From the IMG/VR virus record IMGVR_UViG_3300045999_008055: DNA of 64,000 nt; one strand, written 5' to 3'. Below, piece after piece: positions 1 to 10,375 of this stretch. How positions within the stretch are numbered: position 1 is the stretch's first letter; each line of letters starts with the position of its first letter. Below the pieces are notes generated by a model, which had not been told where the DNA came from, did not search any database, and saw only the letters and a program-made list of their open reading frames with translations. Made by a program: the position numbers and the translations under genes. The stretch comes from a virus.

Positions 1-606
1 ACTTTAGGTAGATTTGATGAGATATTAAATAATAAATATGATGTTGCCGCTGGAAGAAATGATACAAATTTAATAAATAATAAAGACGAAAGAATTAATA
101 GACCAGATGAAATAAAAGAAATACCAAATAACGAATGGGTAAACGCAGATCTTATAGCTATAAGGAATAAAAATTTTTTAGATGAATATGTTAATTTAAC
201 TTTAGACTATGCTTTTGGAAGAAAAATGGCGATCAATTCTTTTGGTAAAACTTACAATGGAGATTGCCAAATGTCATTAAATGTCATCTTTAGAAATCGA
301 GGTTATAATAGTTTAATTTTAGATAAAGATACTTCTGGAGTTATATATAATGCTTCTGGTAATTGGACCGGTGGAGAAGATAAAAGACCAGCGTGTTTAC
401 AATGGCATCCAAATAATTGGACGAGTTGGAAATATATTTATTTTGATGAACAAAAATGTATAATGCCAGATTTAGGAATAGGTTGTGGAGATAGAGTAGT
501 TAAATGTCTTCATCATTGTGGTGGAGATTTAAAATATAAGCTTTCTTGGGATTTTTTTAATGAAGATTTCTTACCTTATTTAAGAAAAATTACTGGAGTT
601 AATTAA
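1..606 (+). CDS. Putative glycosyltransferase (GT-A-like), 5'-truncated by window edge
   Basis: Frame of the 226..606 ORF stays open back to base 1 (TLGRFDEILNNKYDVAAGRND...WVNADLIAIRN...). GT8-like features (NA motif, DCQ..LN, terminal LHH) and GT-cluster context. Confidence 0.5.
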   Translation, partial: TLGRFDEILNNKYDVAAGRNDTNLINNKDERINRPDEIKEIPNNEWVNADLIAIRNKNFLDEYVNLTLDYAFGRKMAINSFGKTYNGDCQMSLNVIFRNRGYNSLILDKDTSGVIYNASGNWTGGEDKRPACLQWHPNNWTSWKYIYFDEQKCIMPDLGIGCGDRVVKCLHHCGGDLKYKLSWDFFNEDFLPYLRKITGVN

Positions 607-607
607 T

Positions 608-964
608 ATGATTAAAATTTCTGTAGATTATGGATATGCATTTGATGTTCTAGCTATTGTAGAAGTAAAAAATAAAATTGTTGGTAAAAAAGGCGAAAAT
701 TATTATAGACTTTATAAAGATATCGAAGAGCAAATTGGACGAGAAAAGATGGATGAAGTTATAAATAGTAACGAATATATAAAATTAATAGACACAAATC
801 AAAAGGTATTTGATTTAGTTGATCAAGCTCAAAAAGATAATGGATTAGCTAAACAAGTAGACTCTGCAAATTATGAGAGATACATAGTTAAAACTAATTT
901 ACAAAAAAAATTCTTTAACGAAAATATCACAGAAATTAAACTAGGATATAATAATGAAAGTTAA
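608..964 (+). CDS. DUF6165-like small protein associated with GT clusters
   Basis: N-terminal ISVDYGYAFDVLAIVEVK and C-terminal N.ER..VK....ITEIK pattern resembles DUF6165 proteins. Confidence 0.55.
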   Translation: MIKISVDYGYAFDVLAIVEVKNKIVGKKGENYYRLYKDIEEQIGREKMDEVINSNEYIKLIDTNQKVFDLVDQAQKDNGLAKQVDSANYERYIVKTNLQKKFFNENITEIKLGYNNES

Positions 965-1826
965 AATTTTTGGTTGGAGAAATATAAACTTAGATCAAAT
1001 CTCAAGAATTGAAGAAGGTCTAAGATTCTTAGGGCAAGAAATTGTAGAAAATGATCCAGAGATAATATATTCCCACGATTTTACTGAGATAGATAAAGCT
1101 TATGAATATAAATTAAAATATCCAAATGCAAAATATTTACAAAAAGTATTAGATCTACCGATACATTTATTTAACACTCAATTTTTTGATCTTAATAAAA
1201 CTAAAGAAAAATTACTTAGAGCAGATATTATATTAAGTAATAGCCAAACAGTTAAAAATAATATTAAGAAATATTTAGGGCTAGATAGCTTTGTTGTTTA
1301 TGATGCAATTAAAGACGTTGAAAATATTAATTTAGATAAAGATATTCCATTTCTTTATATAGGTAGAGCAAATGATCCAAATAAAAGATTTAATTTAATT
1401 CGACAGACATTTAAGCTATTAAATTTATCTGAAGAGAAAATAACTATTATTGGTCCAGATAATCCTAATTTTGGCAATTATAAAGGGGTAGTTAATGATA
1501 TAGATCTAAATTCATATTATAATAGATCTAAATATATTATATTTCCTAGTTATATAGAAGGAATTGGATTACCACCTATAGAAGGTATTATATGTAATTC
1601 AATACCAATACTTTGTAGCGATAATGAAACAAGTTATGAATTCTTAGACCAAAAATTAATCTGTGATCCAAATCCTTATTCTATCGCAGGTAAGCTTATT
1701 GATATAGAGAATAATTATAAATTATATTTAAATTTAATTAATTTATATTCACCAAAATATAAGAACTTTTTTAATAAAAATACTATAGCTCAAAACATTA
1801 TTAATGCTTTCAACAGTATTAAATAA
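954..1826 (+). CDS. Glycosyltransferase family 4 (GT-B)
   Basis: YIGRA..NKRF and FPSYIEGIGLPPIEG (E-x7-E) motif. Confidence 0.85.
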   Translation: MKVKIFGWRNINLDQISRIEEGLRFLGQEIVENDPEIIYSHDFTEIDKAYEYKLKYPNAKYLQKVLDLPIHLFNTQFFDLNKTKEKLLRADIILSNSQTVKNNIKKYLGLDSFVVYDAIKDVENINLDKDIPFLYIGRANDPNKRFNLIRQTFKLLNLSEEKITIIGPDNPNFGNYKGVVNDIDLNSYYNRSKYIIFPSYIEGIGLPPIEGIICNSIPILCSDNETSYEFLDQKLICDPNPYSIAGKLIDIENNYKLYLNLINLYSPKYKNFFNKNTIAQNIINAFNSIK

Positions 1827-1830
1827 TCTC

Positions 1831-1859
1831 TTGATTTGATTTTAAATATATAGTAAAAT
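1831..1859 (+). promoter_or_regulatory. Sigma70-type promoter, near-leaderless
   Basis: TTGATT(1831-36)-17 nt-TAAAAT(1854-59); ATG at 1865. Confidence 0.6.
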
Positions 1860-1864
1860 TGACT

Positions 1865-2800
1865 ATGGTTAAGCCCTGGCTTCTTACAATGACGCAAGAG
1901 CGTCGAGAGCATATATCTTTAATGTTGAGAAATATATATCCTACATTTAAAGGAGTCATATCTTTAGTTAATTTACCATCAAATGATGGGACAATCGAAC
2001 TACTAGAACAAAACAAAGGCGAGGGTAGAGTTATTACTCAAAATTGGACTCAGAACCATGCATTTTTAATGAATCATCTTTTATATTATGGAAATATAAA
2101 AAATGGAGAATATTGTTTATATTTAGATTCTCCAGAATCATTAACAGATTATTTTGTAGAACAATTACCAAGTCTTTTAGAAGATTTTGAAAAAAATAAT
2201 GTTGGCGCATTATTTTGGGATCAAAGACCATATATATTTAAATATAATCCATATATGGAATTCTTTGGGGCAGTTCATTGGGGTTTAAGTAATATATATG
2301 GTAAAATTATAACTTTACCAGAAAAAGAAAAATATATTATAAATAGAAGAAAAGATACACCAAAATTTTTTGGATCAATTAATGGAACAAAATATTATGT
2401 ATGTTACTTTCTTGGTAATGATACTCAACTAGTATATGGAAAATATGGACAAAATATAGTAAATCATCATGAAAATCTAAGAAGACAATTCCAAATGTAT
2501 TGTATGGAAAAACTTAAATTAAATATTAATACATTAGATGACATGATTAATTATATGAAAAAAATTAAAAATAAAGAAATCTCTCCAGAGAATTATTTTA
2601 TTGAGATGGTTGAATTAGAGTTTAGACTAAGTGAGTTATTTCAGATAGAAGTTTTAAACCAAGATTTTATAAATGATGTTGTTCCAAGGAGATATAAGTT
2701 TTCTTTTAAAGATTATTTAAATGGTGGATCTGGATATCCAGAAGAATACCTTGGGACTATATTAAAATATAATAGACAATTCAATATACAAGATGATTAA
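1865..2800 (+). CDS. Putative GT2-like glycosyltransferase
   Basis: SNDGT..LL and LYLDSPE motifs. Start moved from TTG 1859 to ATG 1865 because of the promoter position. Confidence 0.6.
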   Translation: MVKPWLLTMTQERREHISLMLRNIYPTFKGVISLVNLPSNDGTIELLEQNKGEGRVITQNWTQNHAFLMNHLLYYGNIKNGEYCLYLDSPESLTDYFVEQLPSLLEDFEKNNVGALFWDQRPYIFKYNPYMEFFGAVHWGLSNIYGKIITLPEKEKYIINRRKDTPKFFGSINGTKYYVCYFLGNDTQLVYGKYGQNIVNHHENLRRQFQMYCMEKLKLNINTLDDMINYMKKIKNKEISPENYFIEMVELEFRLSELFQIEVLNQDFINDVVPRRYKFSFKDYLNGGSGYPEEYLGTILKYNRQFNIQDD

Positions 2801-3560
2801 ACCCAAAATAGGCATTTTATATTGCGCTTATAATTGCAAAACTTATTTAAAAGAAAGTTTAGATAATTTTTTTAAGGCCAAAAAGGATGGATTAATACAT
2901 GAGATCTGCGCGGTTTCGTTACCATTTCTTGAATATTATGATATAAACAATACTGACGACGGAACCACGGAAGAGATTGTAAATTTATATAAAGAAGGAA
3001 GCATAGATTACGCCTTTACTAACCCTAAATATATAAAAGAACATTTAGCAAGAGATCTTTGTCTGCAATATTTAAAATTCAAAGAATGTGATCTATTTTG
3101 GTTAGTTGATGGAGATGAATTCTATTCACTAGAAGATATTAAGAACATAATTTCATTCGTAGAATCAAATCAAGAATATTGTTGGTATACTATAAATTTT
3201 AAAAATTATATATTCGATGGCAAGCAGTGGATTGATGGTTTTTGTCCATCTAGAATTTTTAGAAAAAACTTTAATGATTTTAAAATACAGTCTTTCTATT
3301 GGGATAACGATATAGGTTATGAGAAAGATAATAAGATTTATAATTATAAAGACCTACCTAAACTAGAGGTTCCAAAAGATATAGCCCATATAAAGCATCT
3401 TACTTGGCTTCATCTGAATGGTAAAGATAAATATGAATATCAAATGAAACATTTTGGATATTGTGGATATATATGGAACTATGAGTTGAATCAATTAGAA
3501 TTTAATAAACAATTTTATTTGAAAACCAATCAACAATTACCTACGATATATTATGAATAA
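2793..3560 (+). CDS. GT2-like glycosyltransferase
   Basis: CAYN, TDDGT and WLVDGDEF (DxD) motifs. Confidence 0.75.
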   Translation: MIKPKIGILYCAYNCKTYLKESLDNFFKAKKDGLIHEICAVSLPFLEYYDINNTDDGTTEEIVNLYKEGSIDYAFTNPKYIKEHLARDLCLQYLKFKECDLFWLVDGDEFYSLEDIKNIISFVESNQEYCWYTINFKNYIFDGKQWIDGFCPSRIFRKNFNDFKIQSFYWDNDIGYEKDNKIYNYKDLPKLEVPKDIAHIKHLTWLHLNGKDKYEYQMKHFGYCGYIWNYELNQLEFNKQFYLKTNQQLPTIYYE

Positions 3561-4716
3561 TTTTAAATGGCCCCTAAATAATTCTAGTTTTAATCTATTA
3601 GATAGAATTAAAATATCAAGATTTATATTAAATAAGGCTAATTTTTGGACTCAAGGGAAATATGTAAAACAATTCGAAGATAAATTCAAGCGCTTTGTAG
3701 GCTCAAAGTATTCTGTATTTGTATCTAGTGGATCTACTGCAAATACCTTAATGGCTATGTTCTTAAAAGATAAGGTTTATACTAAAAATAAGAATATTGT
3801 AATATTTCCCTCAACAACTTGGACGACTTCAATATCTCCTTTTATAAGAGAGGGTTTTACGCCAAAATTTATAGACATTTCTTTAGAAGATTTTTGTTTA
3901 GATTTGAATCTAACAGAAAAATATCTTAAGAAAAATTACAAAAAGGTCGCAGCAATTGTTTGTGTGTCTTTAATTGGTCAGGTTCCAGATATTAAAAAAT
4001 TAAAAGAGTTAGAAGCAAAATATAAGGTTAAAATATTTTTAGATAACTGCGAAAATACACTTGGTAAATATAAAGATAAAAATATATCCTCATATTTTAC
4101 AAGCAGTACAAGTACATACTTCGGACATCAAGTACAAAGTGTAGAGGGTGGGTTTATTTTTACTAATTCTCAAGAAGAATATGAATATTTTATAATGAAT
4201 AGAAATCATGGTATGACTAGAGGATTGAAATTATATGGTTTAGACGATAAGAAATATTCAAATCAAGATGTTGATGAATCATTTGATTTTTGCACTTTAG
4301 GTAATAATTTTAGAAACACAGATATTAATGCTTTTATTGGTCTATTAGATTTTAATAGGATTGAAAATTATCTAAACAAAAGAGTTGAAATATTCAATAA
4401 AATTAAAAATACTTTATCATTAAAAGATATTATTCTTCCTCAAGAATATTCAGATAGAATGTCCGCACCTTTTTGTTTCCCGATTATTTCTAAAGATAGA
4501 TCTGTAGTAGATATGTTTAAACAATTCTGTAAAGATAATAAAATAGAAATTAGACCAATAATATCTGGCAATCTTCTTAGACAGACTTGTTATAAACAAT
4601 ATGCAAATTTTAAAGATTTTAAAAATAGCGAATTTTTGCATACAAATGGTTTTTATTTTGGAATATATCCAACTATAACAGATAAACAAATAGAAATATT
4701 AAAAAAATATGAATAA
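3553..4716 (+). CDS. colD: DegT/DnrJ-fold PLP enzyme, ColD-like GDP-4-keto-6-deoxymannose 3-dehydratase
   Basis: VSSGSTAN, DNCE, STYFGHQVQSVEGG (His in place of the Schiff-base Lys), RNHGMTR with no Fe-S cysteines, EIRPIISGNLLRQ. Confidence 0.7.
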   Translation: MNNFKWPLNNSSFNLLDRIKISRFILNKANFWTQGKYVKQFEDKFKRFVGSKYSVFVSSGSTANTLMAMFLKDKVYTKNKNIVIFPSTTWTTSISPFIREGFTPKFIDISLEDFCLDLNLTEKYLKKNYKKVAAIVCVSLIGQVPDIKKLKELEAKYKVKIFLDNCENTLGKYKDKNISSYFTSSTSTYFGHQVQSVEGGFIFTNSQEEYEYFIMNRNHGMTRGLKLYGLDDKKYSNQDVDESFDFCTLGNNFRNTDINAFIGLLDFNRIENYLNKRVEIFNKIKNTLSLKDIILPQEYSDRMSAPFCFPIISKDRSVVDMFKQFCKDNKIEIRPIISGNLLRQTCYKQYANFKDFKNSEFLHTNGFYFGIYPTITDKQIEILKKYE

Positions 4717-5515
4717 ATATAATACAAAAATTACAAAAATTGAAAATGTACAAGAGGTAACCCATCTAGAGGAATTTGATTTCTTATTCAACTCTGAAAA
4801 TTATAAAATTAAATATTTACATAACGTTCCTCATAGATCAACCGAAGATATAGAAAATGATCCATACGCAAAGTCATTTGGAGAATTTGTTGATAAAATG
4901 AAAGATTTTATTCCAAATAATTCAGAAGTTATTGATGTTGGAGCTTACGATGGCGATACATCCTTATCTTTAGCTTTAATGGCTGGAAAGAATGGAAGAT
5001 GTATAAATTTTGAATGTGGACCAGCATGGCAAAGACTTCAGATTAATTCCGCTTTAAATAAAGAACTTAATTTAGAGAATTATAACTATGCCGCTTCTAA
5101 TGTTTACGGAGTTGATAAATTTAATTATAATAACGATGTAGGTGGTAGCCAGCATAAAACTTCTTATATTGGAGAATATCCTTTAAAGAGATTTGTCAGA
5201 ACAATAGATATAGATAATTTTTTAAATAATTTAAATATATCTAATCTAAGTTTAATTAAATTGGATACAGAAGGATTTGATGTCCAAATATTAAATTTTA
5301 TGGATAAGTATATAGATAAATTTCGTCCGCTTGTTCATATAGAATGGTTTCCATCTACTGAAAATGAACTATATAATTTCTTGATAAATAAGAACTATAA
5401 TAGCGTGGACTTCTATACATTAAAGCTATTTGACATACTTCCGAATTATTGGGCGCAAGATTTAATTCTAATACCAAAAGAAAAAGTAAATAATTTTAAA
5501 ACTTTAGTTAGATGA
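4709..5515 (+). CDS. FkbM-family methyltransferase
   Basis: VIDVGAYDG and LIKLDTEGFD...RP.VHIE motifs. Confidence 0.85.
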   Translation: MNKYNTKITKIENVQEVTHLEEFDFLFNSENYKIKYLHNVPHRSTEDIENDPYAKSFGEFVDKMKDFIPNNSEVIDVGAYDGDTSLSLALMAGKNGRCINFECGPAWQRLQINSALNKELNLENYNYAASNVYGVDKFNYNNDVGGSQHKTSYIGEYPLKRFVRTIDIDNFLNNLNISNLSLIKLDTEGFDVQILNFMDKYIDKFRPLVHIEWFPSTENELYNFLINKNYNSVDFYTLKLFDILPNYWAQDLILIPKEKVNNFKTLVR

Positions 5516-6351
5516 ATTTTATATCAAAAAACAGAACTCAAGAAGATTTTGAGTTACTTGGTAAAATATGCTATGATACTTTAATTCAAAATATAGATAT
5601 AAGACAACAATCCGATGAATTTTGCGGTATATATTTCGAAGGTAGAGATAGAGAATTAAATTATTTAGAGGATTTTGCGGTAATTCATAGTTTTAAAATA
5701 TTTTCTGAATATAACTATCCTATATTTATTTTTAGTCCTAATTCAAATAATATTTTAAATAATGATATAAGATATAAAAATGCAAGGATCGAACATATAA
5801 AAATACCAATACAAGATTCTCATGATAAGTATTCATCATTTATGCTTAATGATATCTGGAAGTATTTACCAAAACAATTTGAAAATCTACTATTTTTTCA
5901 TCCAGATGGTTTTTTAATAAAAGAAGGATGGGAACAGTTTGTAATAAACAATAAATTAAAATATATAGGCTCTGCTTGGTGTCACGCTCCAAGTATTGAT
6001 ATATATGAAAATAATCAATGGTATAATTTAGGTTTTCCTAGAATACAATGTGGAAATGGAGGTTTTAGCTTCCGATCAAGAAAAGCTTGTGAAAATATTA
6101 GTTCAATTTATAGCAAATGTATTTTAAGAGAATCTGGCACAGATGGCACAAGAGTTCCAGAAGATTTATTCTATAGTCATCTTATTAATGGGACCGAAGG
6201 AGGAGTTGGTACTTTATCTCAATGTATGAAATTTTCACTTGACCCAATAACATTAAATGAGTATAATAATAAATTAAGTTATGGTTTCCATTATCCTAAA
6301 AAAATTAACGAATATCAAAGACACAGAGATTATTTTCTAAATGAATTTTAA
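5512..6351 (+). CDS. DUF5672-like putative glycosyltransferase
   Basis: HPDGF, YIGSAW, GNGGFSFRS, PEDLFY and YGFH motifs. Confidence 0.75.
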   Translation: MNFISKNRTQEDFELLGKICYDTLIQNIDIRQQSDEFCGIYFEGRDRELNYLEDFAVIHSFKIFSEYNYPIFIFSPNSNNILNNDIRYKNARIEHIKIPIQDSHDKYSSFMLNDIWKYLPKQFENLLFFHPDGFLIKEGWEQFVINNKLKYIGSAWCHAPSIDIYENNQWYNLGFPRIQCGNGGFSFRSRKACENISSIYSKCILRESGTDGTRVPEDLFYSHLINGTEGGVGTLSQCMKFSLDPITLNEYNNKLSYGFHYPKKINEYQRHRDYFLNEF

Positions 6352-7030
6352 ACTACATAATATAAATAATGAAACTATTTTACCCATAGTTTTATTTGGA
6401 AATAATCGGGATTCAGAAATAACAAATTACCATAGACAAGTTATGGTGGAGTATTTTAATATACCATTTAATTATGTCTCTTGTCCATTTCCATATGTTT
6501 CGCACGGATTATGCATGGATGAAGTAATAAATTTAACTATAGATTCTTTAAAACCTGATTATTATTGGTTTTGTGATAATGACGCTATAATTCTAAAGAA
6601 AGAATGCGTAGATATAATGTATGATATGGTAAAAAATAAAATGACTTTAGCAGGTCAGATTTGGCAAAGCAATCATAAAAAGGGGCCAAATGGTATGATT
6701 CCTCATCCTTATATAAGTCAAGCTTTTATGTGGTTATCTAGAGATCTTTATAATAATCTAGGAAGACCTACTTGCGATGACAAAACAGAAAGATCTGATA
6801 CTGCTGAAGAAATAACTTATCTAGCAAAAGAAAAAGGCTATTTTGTAGCAGGATGCTATCCTTCTCATTCAGTTTTAAGAAATGTAGATCTTGATAATGG
6901 ATTTAAATATGGATTAAGCAATACATATGGCCCAAATCTAATGTATCACGCAAGTCAACAAGATAATCCAAAAAGTAAAGATTTATTTATTGAAAAATGT
7001 AAAGAGGTTCTAAATGGAAAATTCTTATAA
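6341..7030 (+). CDS. Putative GT-A glycosyltransferase
   Basis: WFCDNDAI (DxD), RSDTAE and terminal YH; cluster context. Confidence 0.6.
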   Translation: MNFKLHNINNETILPIVLFGNNRDSEITNYHRQVMVEYFNIPFNYVSCPFPYVSHGLCMDEVINLTIDSLKPDYYWFCDNDAIILKKECVDIMYDMVKNKMTLAGQIWQSNHKKGPNGMIPHPYISQAFMWLSRDLYNNLGRPTCDDKTERSDTAEEITYLAKEKGYFVAGCYPSHSVLRNVDLDNGFKYGLSNTYGPNLMYHASQQDNPKSKDLFIEKCKEVLNGKFL

Positions 7031-8330
7031 AGAAGATATAAAATTATTTATCCAACAACTCACAAAGAAGTATGGATTCTTACCAAAGTTTGCTCACAAT
7101 TTAAATCCAGATTTAAAAAATAAAGTTTATTATTCTGGCGCATATTTTGATGAAAATGAAATCTCTGCAGCAATAGAGACTCTTTTATTTGGCAAATGGA
7201 GTTCTAGCGGAGAAGTTTGTGCGAAATTCGAGAAAGAATTTAGCAAAAAAATAAATCAAAAATACTCTTTCTTCACAAATTCTGGCTCTTCTGCTAATTT
7301 ACTATTAGTAGCAGCTTGTAAGGAATATTTTAATTGGCAAGATAATGATGAAGTGATTGTGTCTGCGGTAGGTTTTCCTACAACTACATCTCCACTTATT
7401 CACAATAATTTAAAGCCAGTATTTATTGATATTGAATGGGACACATTAAATTTTGATCTATCTAAAATAGAAGAAAAAATAACAGATAAAACTGTAGCAA
7501 TCTTTTTATCTCCAGTATTAGGTAATCCACCAGACATGGATAAATTAATCAATCTATTAAATAAATATCCAAAGATTAAACTTCTTTTAGATAATTGTGA
7601 TTCTTTGGGTTCAAAATGGAATGATAAGTATTTAAATGAATACGCAGTCGTATCGTCTTGTTCCTTTTATCCCGCTCATGAAATCACAACTCTAGAAGGT
7701 GGAATGGTATCCTCTAATATTGAAGAAATAATAAAACTAGCTCGAAGTTATGCAACTTGGGGAAGAGATTGCTGGTGCATTGGTACTGCAAATCTATTAT
7801 GCCAAGGATCTTGTAATAAAAGATTCTCTAACTGGCTCCAAGATTTTCCAGAGACAATTATAGATCATAAGTATGTATTCAATAGAATTGGATATAACTT
7901 AAAACCTTTAGATTTACAAGCTGCAATAGGAATTGAGCAACTTAAAAAGCTTGATTTTATCTGCCAAAAAAGAAAATCGAATCTTGATAAAATACTCTCT
8001 ATATTTCAGAAAAATCTAAATTCATTAAGAAGTGTCAATGTATTTGATAAAACTCATTGGGTTCCATTTGGCGTTCCTCTTATATGTAAATCAAAAGAAG
8101 AAAAGATGAAACTTGTAAATTATTTAGAAAATAATGGAATCCAAACCAGAAATTATTTTGCAGGTAATCTTTTAATGCATAAAGGTTATAAATATTTAGA
8201 TAATTATAAAAATTATCCAGAATCAAATAAAGTTCTAGATCTAGTATTCTTTATTGGCTGTTCTCCAACTATTGACGAAGAAAATATATCTTACATAGAA
8301 CAAAAGATAAAAGAATATGAACAAAATTAG
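7014..8330 (+). CDS. rfbH: RfbH/DdhC (E1)-type NDP-4-keto-6-deoxyglucose 3-dehydrase (PMP, 2Fe-2S)
   Basis: NSGSSANL, GFPTT, DNCDSLGS, SFYPAHEITTLEGG, WGRDCWC...C, DHKY, GYNLKP.DLQAAIG, TRNYFAGN. Confidence 0.9.
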   Translation: MENSYKEDIKLFIQQLTKKYGFLPKFAHNLNPDLKNKVYYSGAYFDENEISAAIETLLFGKWSSSGEVCAKFEKEFSKKINQKYSFFTNSGSSANLLLVAACKEYFNWQDNDEVIVSAVGFPTTTSPLIHNNLKPVFIDIEWDTLNFDLSKIEEKITDKTVAIFLSPVLGNPPDMDKLINLLNKYPKIKLLLDNCDSLGSKWNDKYLNEYAVVSSCSFYPAHEITTLEGGMVSSNIEEIIKLARSYATWGRDCWCIGTANLLCQGSCNKRFSNWLQDFPETIIDHKYVFNRIGYNLKPLDLQAAIGIEQLKKLDFICQKRKSNLDKILSIFQKNLNSLRSVNVFDKTHWVPFGVPLICKSKEEKMKLVNYLENNGIQTRNYFAGNLLMHKGYKYLDNYKNYPESNKVLDLVFFIGCSPTIDEENISYIEQKIKEYEQN

Positions 8331-9132
8331 CGTTTTTGGCTCTACAGGTTTTATTGGTAAAAAATGGATGGAGTTATATCCAATAGAATCTTTTGCCGAG
8401 GACAGATCTTCAATTATATCAAAAAATAAAGACATTCTATATTTCAGAGGAACAAATTCAAATTATTCCGTTTTCAAAGATCCAACATTAGAAATAAAAA
8501 CAAATTTATTATTATTAACAGAAATGTTTTCTAATTTAAATAAAGATAATACTTTCAATCTTATATCTTCCTGGTTTGTATATGGCAAAAACAATCTTAT
8601 TACAAATTCAGAGAATGATTATTGTAATCCAAAGGGTTTTTATTCTATTGCAAAATATGCCCAAGAACAATTTTTAGAATCTTACTGTAAAACTTTTGGT
8701 ATAAATTATAGGATATTAAGATTATGTAATATTATCGGAAAAGATGCTGGCGCTAATTCACAAAAGAATGCGACAGAATATCTAATTGAAAGATTGAAAA
8801 GGAATGAAGAGGTCAACGTATATAAAGGAGATAATTATAGAAACTTTCTTTTTGTAGAAGATGTTTGTCGAGCTATAAAATTAGTTTTAGATAAAGGCGA
8901 AAAAGATCAAATTTATAATATTGGTAATACAGAAAGCGTAAAACTAATAGACATTATTTATTATTGTAAAAAAATATTAAATTCTGAAAGTAAAATCAAC
9001 TTCATAGATCCTCCGCTTTTTCACCAACAAGTTCAAGCGAAAGATTTCCACATGAATATAAATAAATTATATAGTTTAGGATTTAAACCTAAATATTCTC
9101 TAGAGGACACATTAAAAATATTGTGCAAATAA
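8317..9132 (+). CDS. NAD-dependent epimerase/reductase (extended SDR)
   Basis: GSTGFIG, ISSWFVYG and YSIAK (YxxxK). Confidence 0.85.
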   Translation: MNKISVFGSTGFIGKKWMELYPIESFAEDRSSIISKNKDILYFRGTNSNYSVFKDPTLEIKTNLLLLTEMFSNLNKDNTFNLISSWFVYGKNNLITNSENDYCNPKGFYSIAKYAQEQFLESYCKTFGINYRILRLCNIIGKDAGANSQKNATEYLIERLKRNEEVNVYKGDNYRNFLFVEDVCRAIKLVLDKGEKDQIYNIGNTESVKLIDIIYYCKKILNSESKINFIDPPLFHQQVQAKDFHMNINKLYSLGFKPKYSLEDTLKILCK

Positions 9133-9133
9133 A

Positions 9134-9763
9134 ATGGCTAATGGAATTTATAAGATAACAGAAGAATTTGAACAAGCTTTATCAAAATATACAGGCGCAC
9201 CTTATGTCGTAACTGTAGATAATGCTAGTAATGCTTTATTTTTATCTTTAGTCTATGAAAATGTAAAAGGACAAGTAATAGATATCCCAGCTAGAACTTA
9301 TCCATCTGTTCCTTGTGAAATTATACATGCTGGAGGAAAAGTTAATTTTATACCAGTAAATAGTAATAAAATAAAAGGTGCATACCAATTAAAACCTACA
9401 AAAATTTGGGATAGTGCTTTAAGATTTACTTCAAATATGTATCTACCTAATAGCCATATGTGCATCTCTTTTACCGGTCCATATAAACACTTTAAACTTA
9501 GTAAAGGAGGAGCAATTTTAACTGATGATTATAAAGCTTATCTTTGGTTTAAAAGAGCTAGATATAGTGGTAGAAGAGAATGTTCGTATCATGACGATAA
9601 TTTTGATATGCTTGGTTGGAATTTTTATATGATGCCAGAACTAGCGGCTAGAGGATTACTTCTAATGAATCAATTTTATAATACAGATGGAACGCCTAAA
9701 CATAATGAAGATTTAGAATTACCTTATCCAGATCTATCAAAATTTGAGATATATAAAAAATAA
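9134..9763 (+). CDS. Shortened DegT/DnrJ sugar aminotransferase
   Basis: FEQAL..Y.GAPYVVTVDNASNAL, WDSA, SFTGPYKH (Lys), KGGAILTDD, GWNFYM; only 209 aa. Confidence 0.75.
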   Translation: MANGIYKITEEFEQALSKYTGAPYVVTVDNASNALFLSLVYENVKGQVIDIPARTYPSVPCEIIHAGGKVNFIPVNSNKIKGAYQLKPTKIWDSALRFTSNMYLPNSHMCISFTGPYKHFKLSKGGAILTDDYKAYLWFKRARYSGRRECSYHDDNFDMLGWNFYMMPELAARGLLLMNQFYNTDGTPKHNEDLELPYPDLSKFEIYKK

Positions 9764-9769
9764 TTTAAA

Positions 9770-10375
9770 ATGCAAAATACAATTTTAATTTTTGGCACAG
9801 GAGGATTGTGCAAGCAAATATTAAATAATCCTATTATTATAAAAGAAGATTTTTATTTGTATAATGATAATAATATATATGAAGAATTTTTTAAAAATTT
9901 TAAAATAGCTGATGAAATTTCTGAAAAATTTACTCATTTTATCTTAGCCGTATCTGGACCAAAAAATAGAAAAGATATAAGTAAAAAGTTATACGAAAAG
10001 GGTTTGGGAGATTATCAATATATTGATTCATTCTTATCAAAAGATGTTGATCTCGGAAATAATATTATTATATTAAAAAATGTTTTCATTGAACCAATGG
10101 TCAAGATTGGATCTGGTTCACTAATTAATGTAGGAGTACAACTTCATCACGATGTAAAAATTGGAGAATATTGTGAGATTAGTCCTATGTGTTGTTTATT
10201 AGGCAATGTAAATATTGGTAATAATACTTTTGTAGGAGCAAATACTACGATTTTACCAAAAATAAAAATTGGTAATAATTGTTTAATTGGCGCTGGTAGT
10301 GTTGTTACAGAAGATATACCCGATAATCAAGTTTGGTTTGGAAATCCAGCTAGGTTTAAATATAATAATCTATGA
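9770..10375 (+). CDS. NeuD/PglD-type sugar O/N-acetyltransferase (left-handed beta helix)
   Basis: IFGTGG N-domain, HHDV, hexapeptide repeats, GAGSVVT.D.P and GNPAR. Confidence 0.9.
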   Translation: MQNTILIFGTGGLCKQILNNPIIIKEDFYLYNDNNIYEEFFKNFKIADEISEKFTHFILAVSGPKNRKDISKKLYEKGLGDYQYIDSFLSKDVDLGNNIIILKNVFIEPMVKIGSGSLINVGVQLHHDVKIGEYCEISPMCCLLGNVNIGNNTFVGANTTILPKIKIGNNCLIGAGSVVTEDIPDNQVWFGNPARFKYNNL

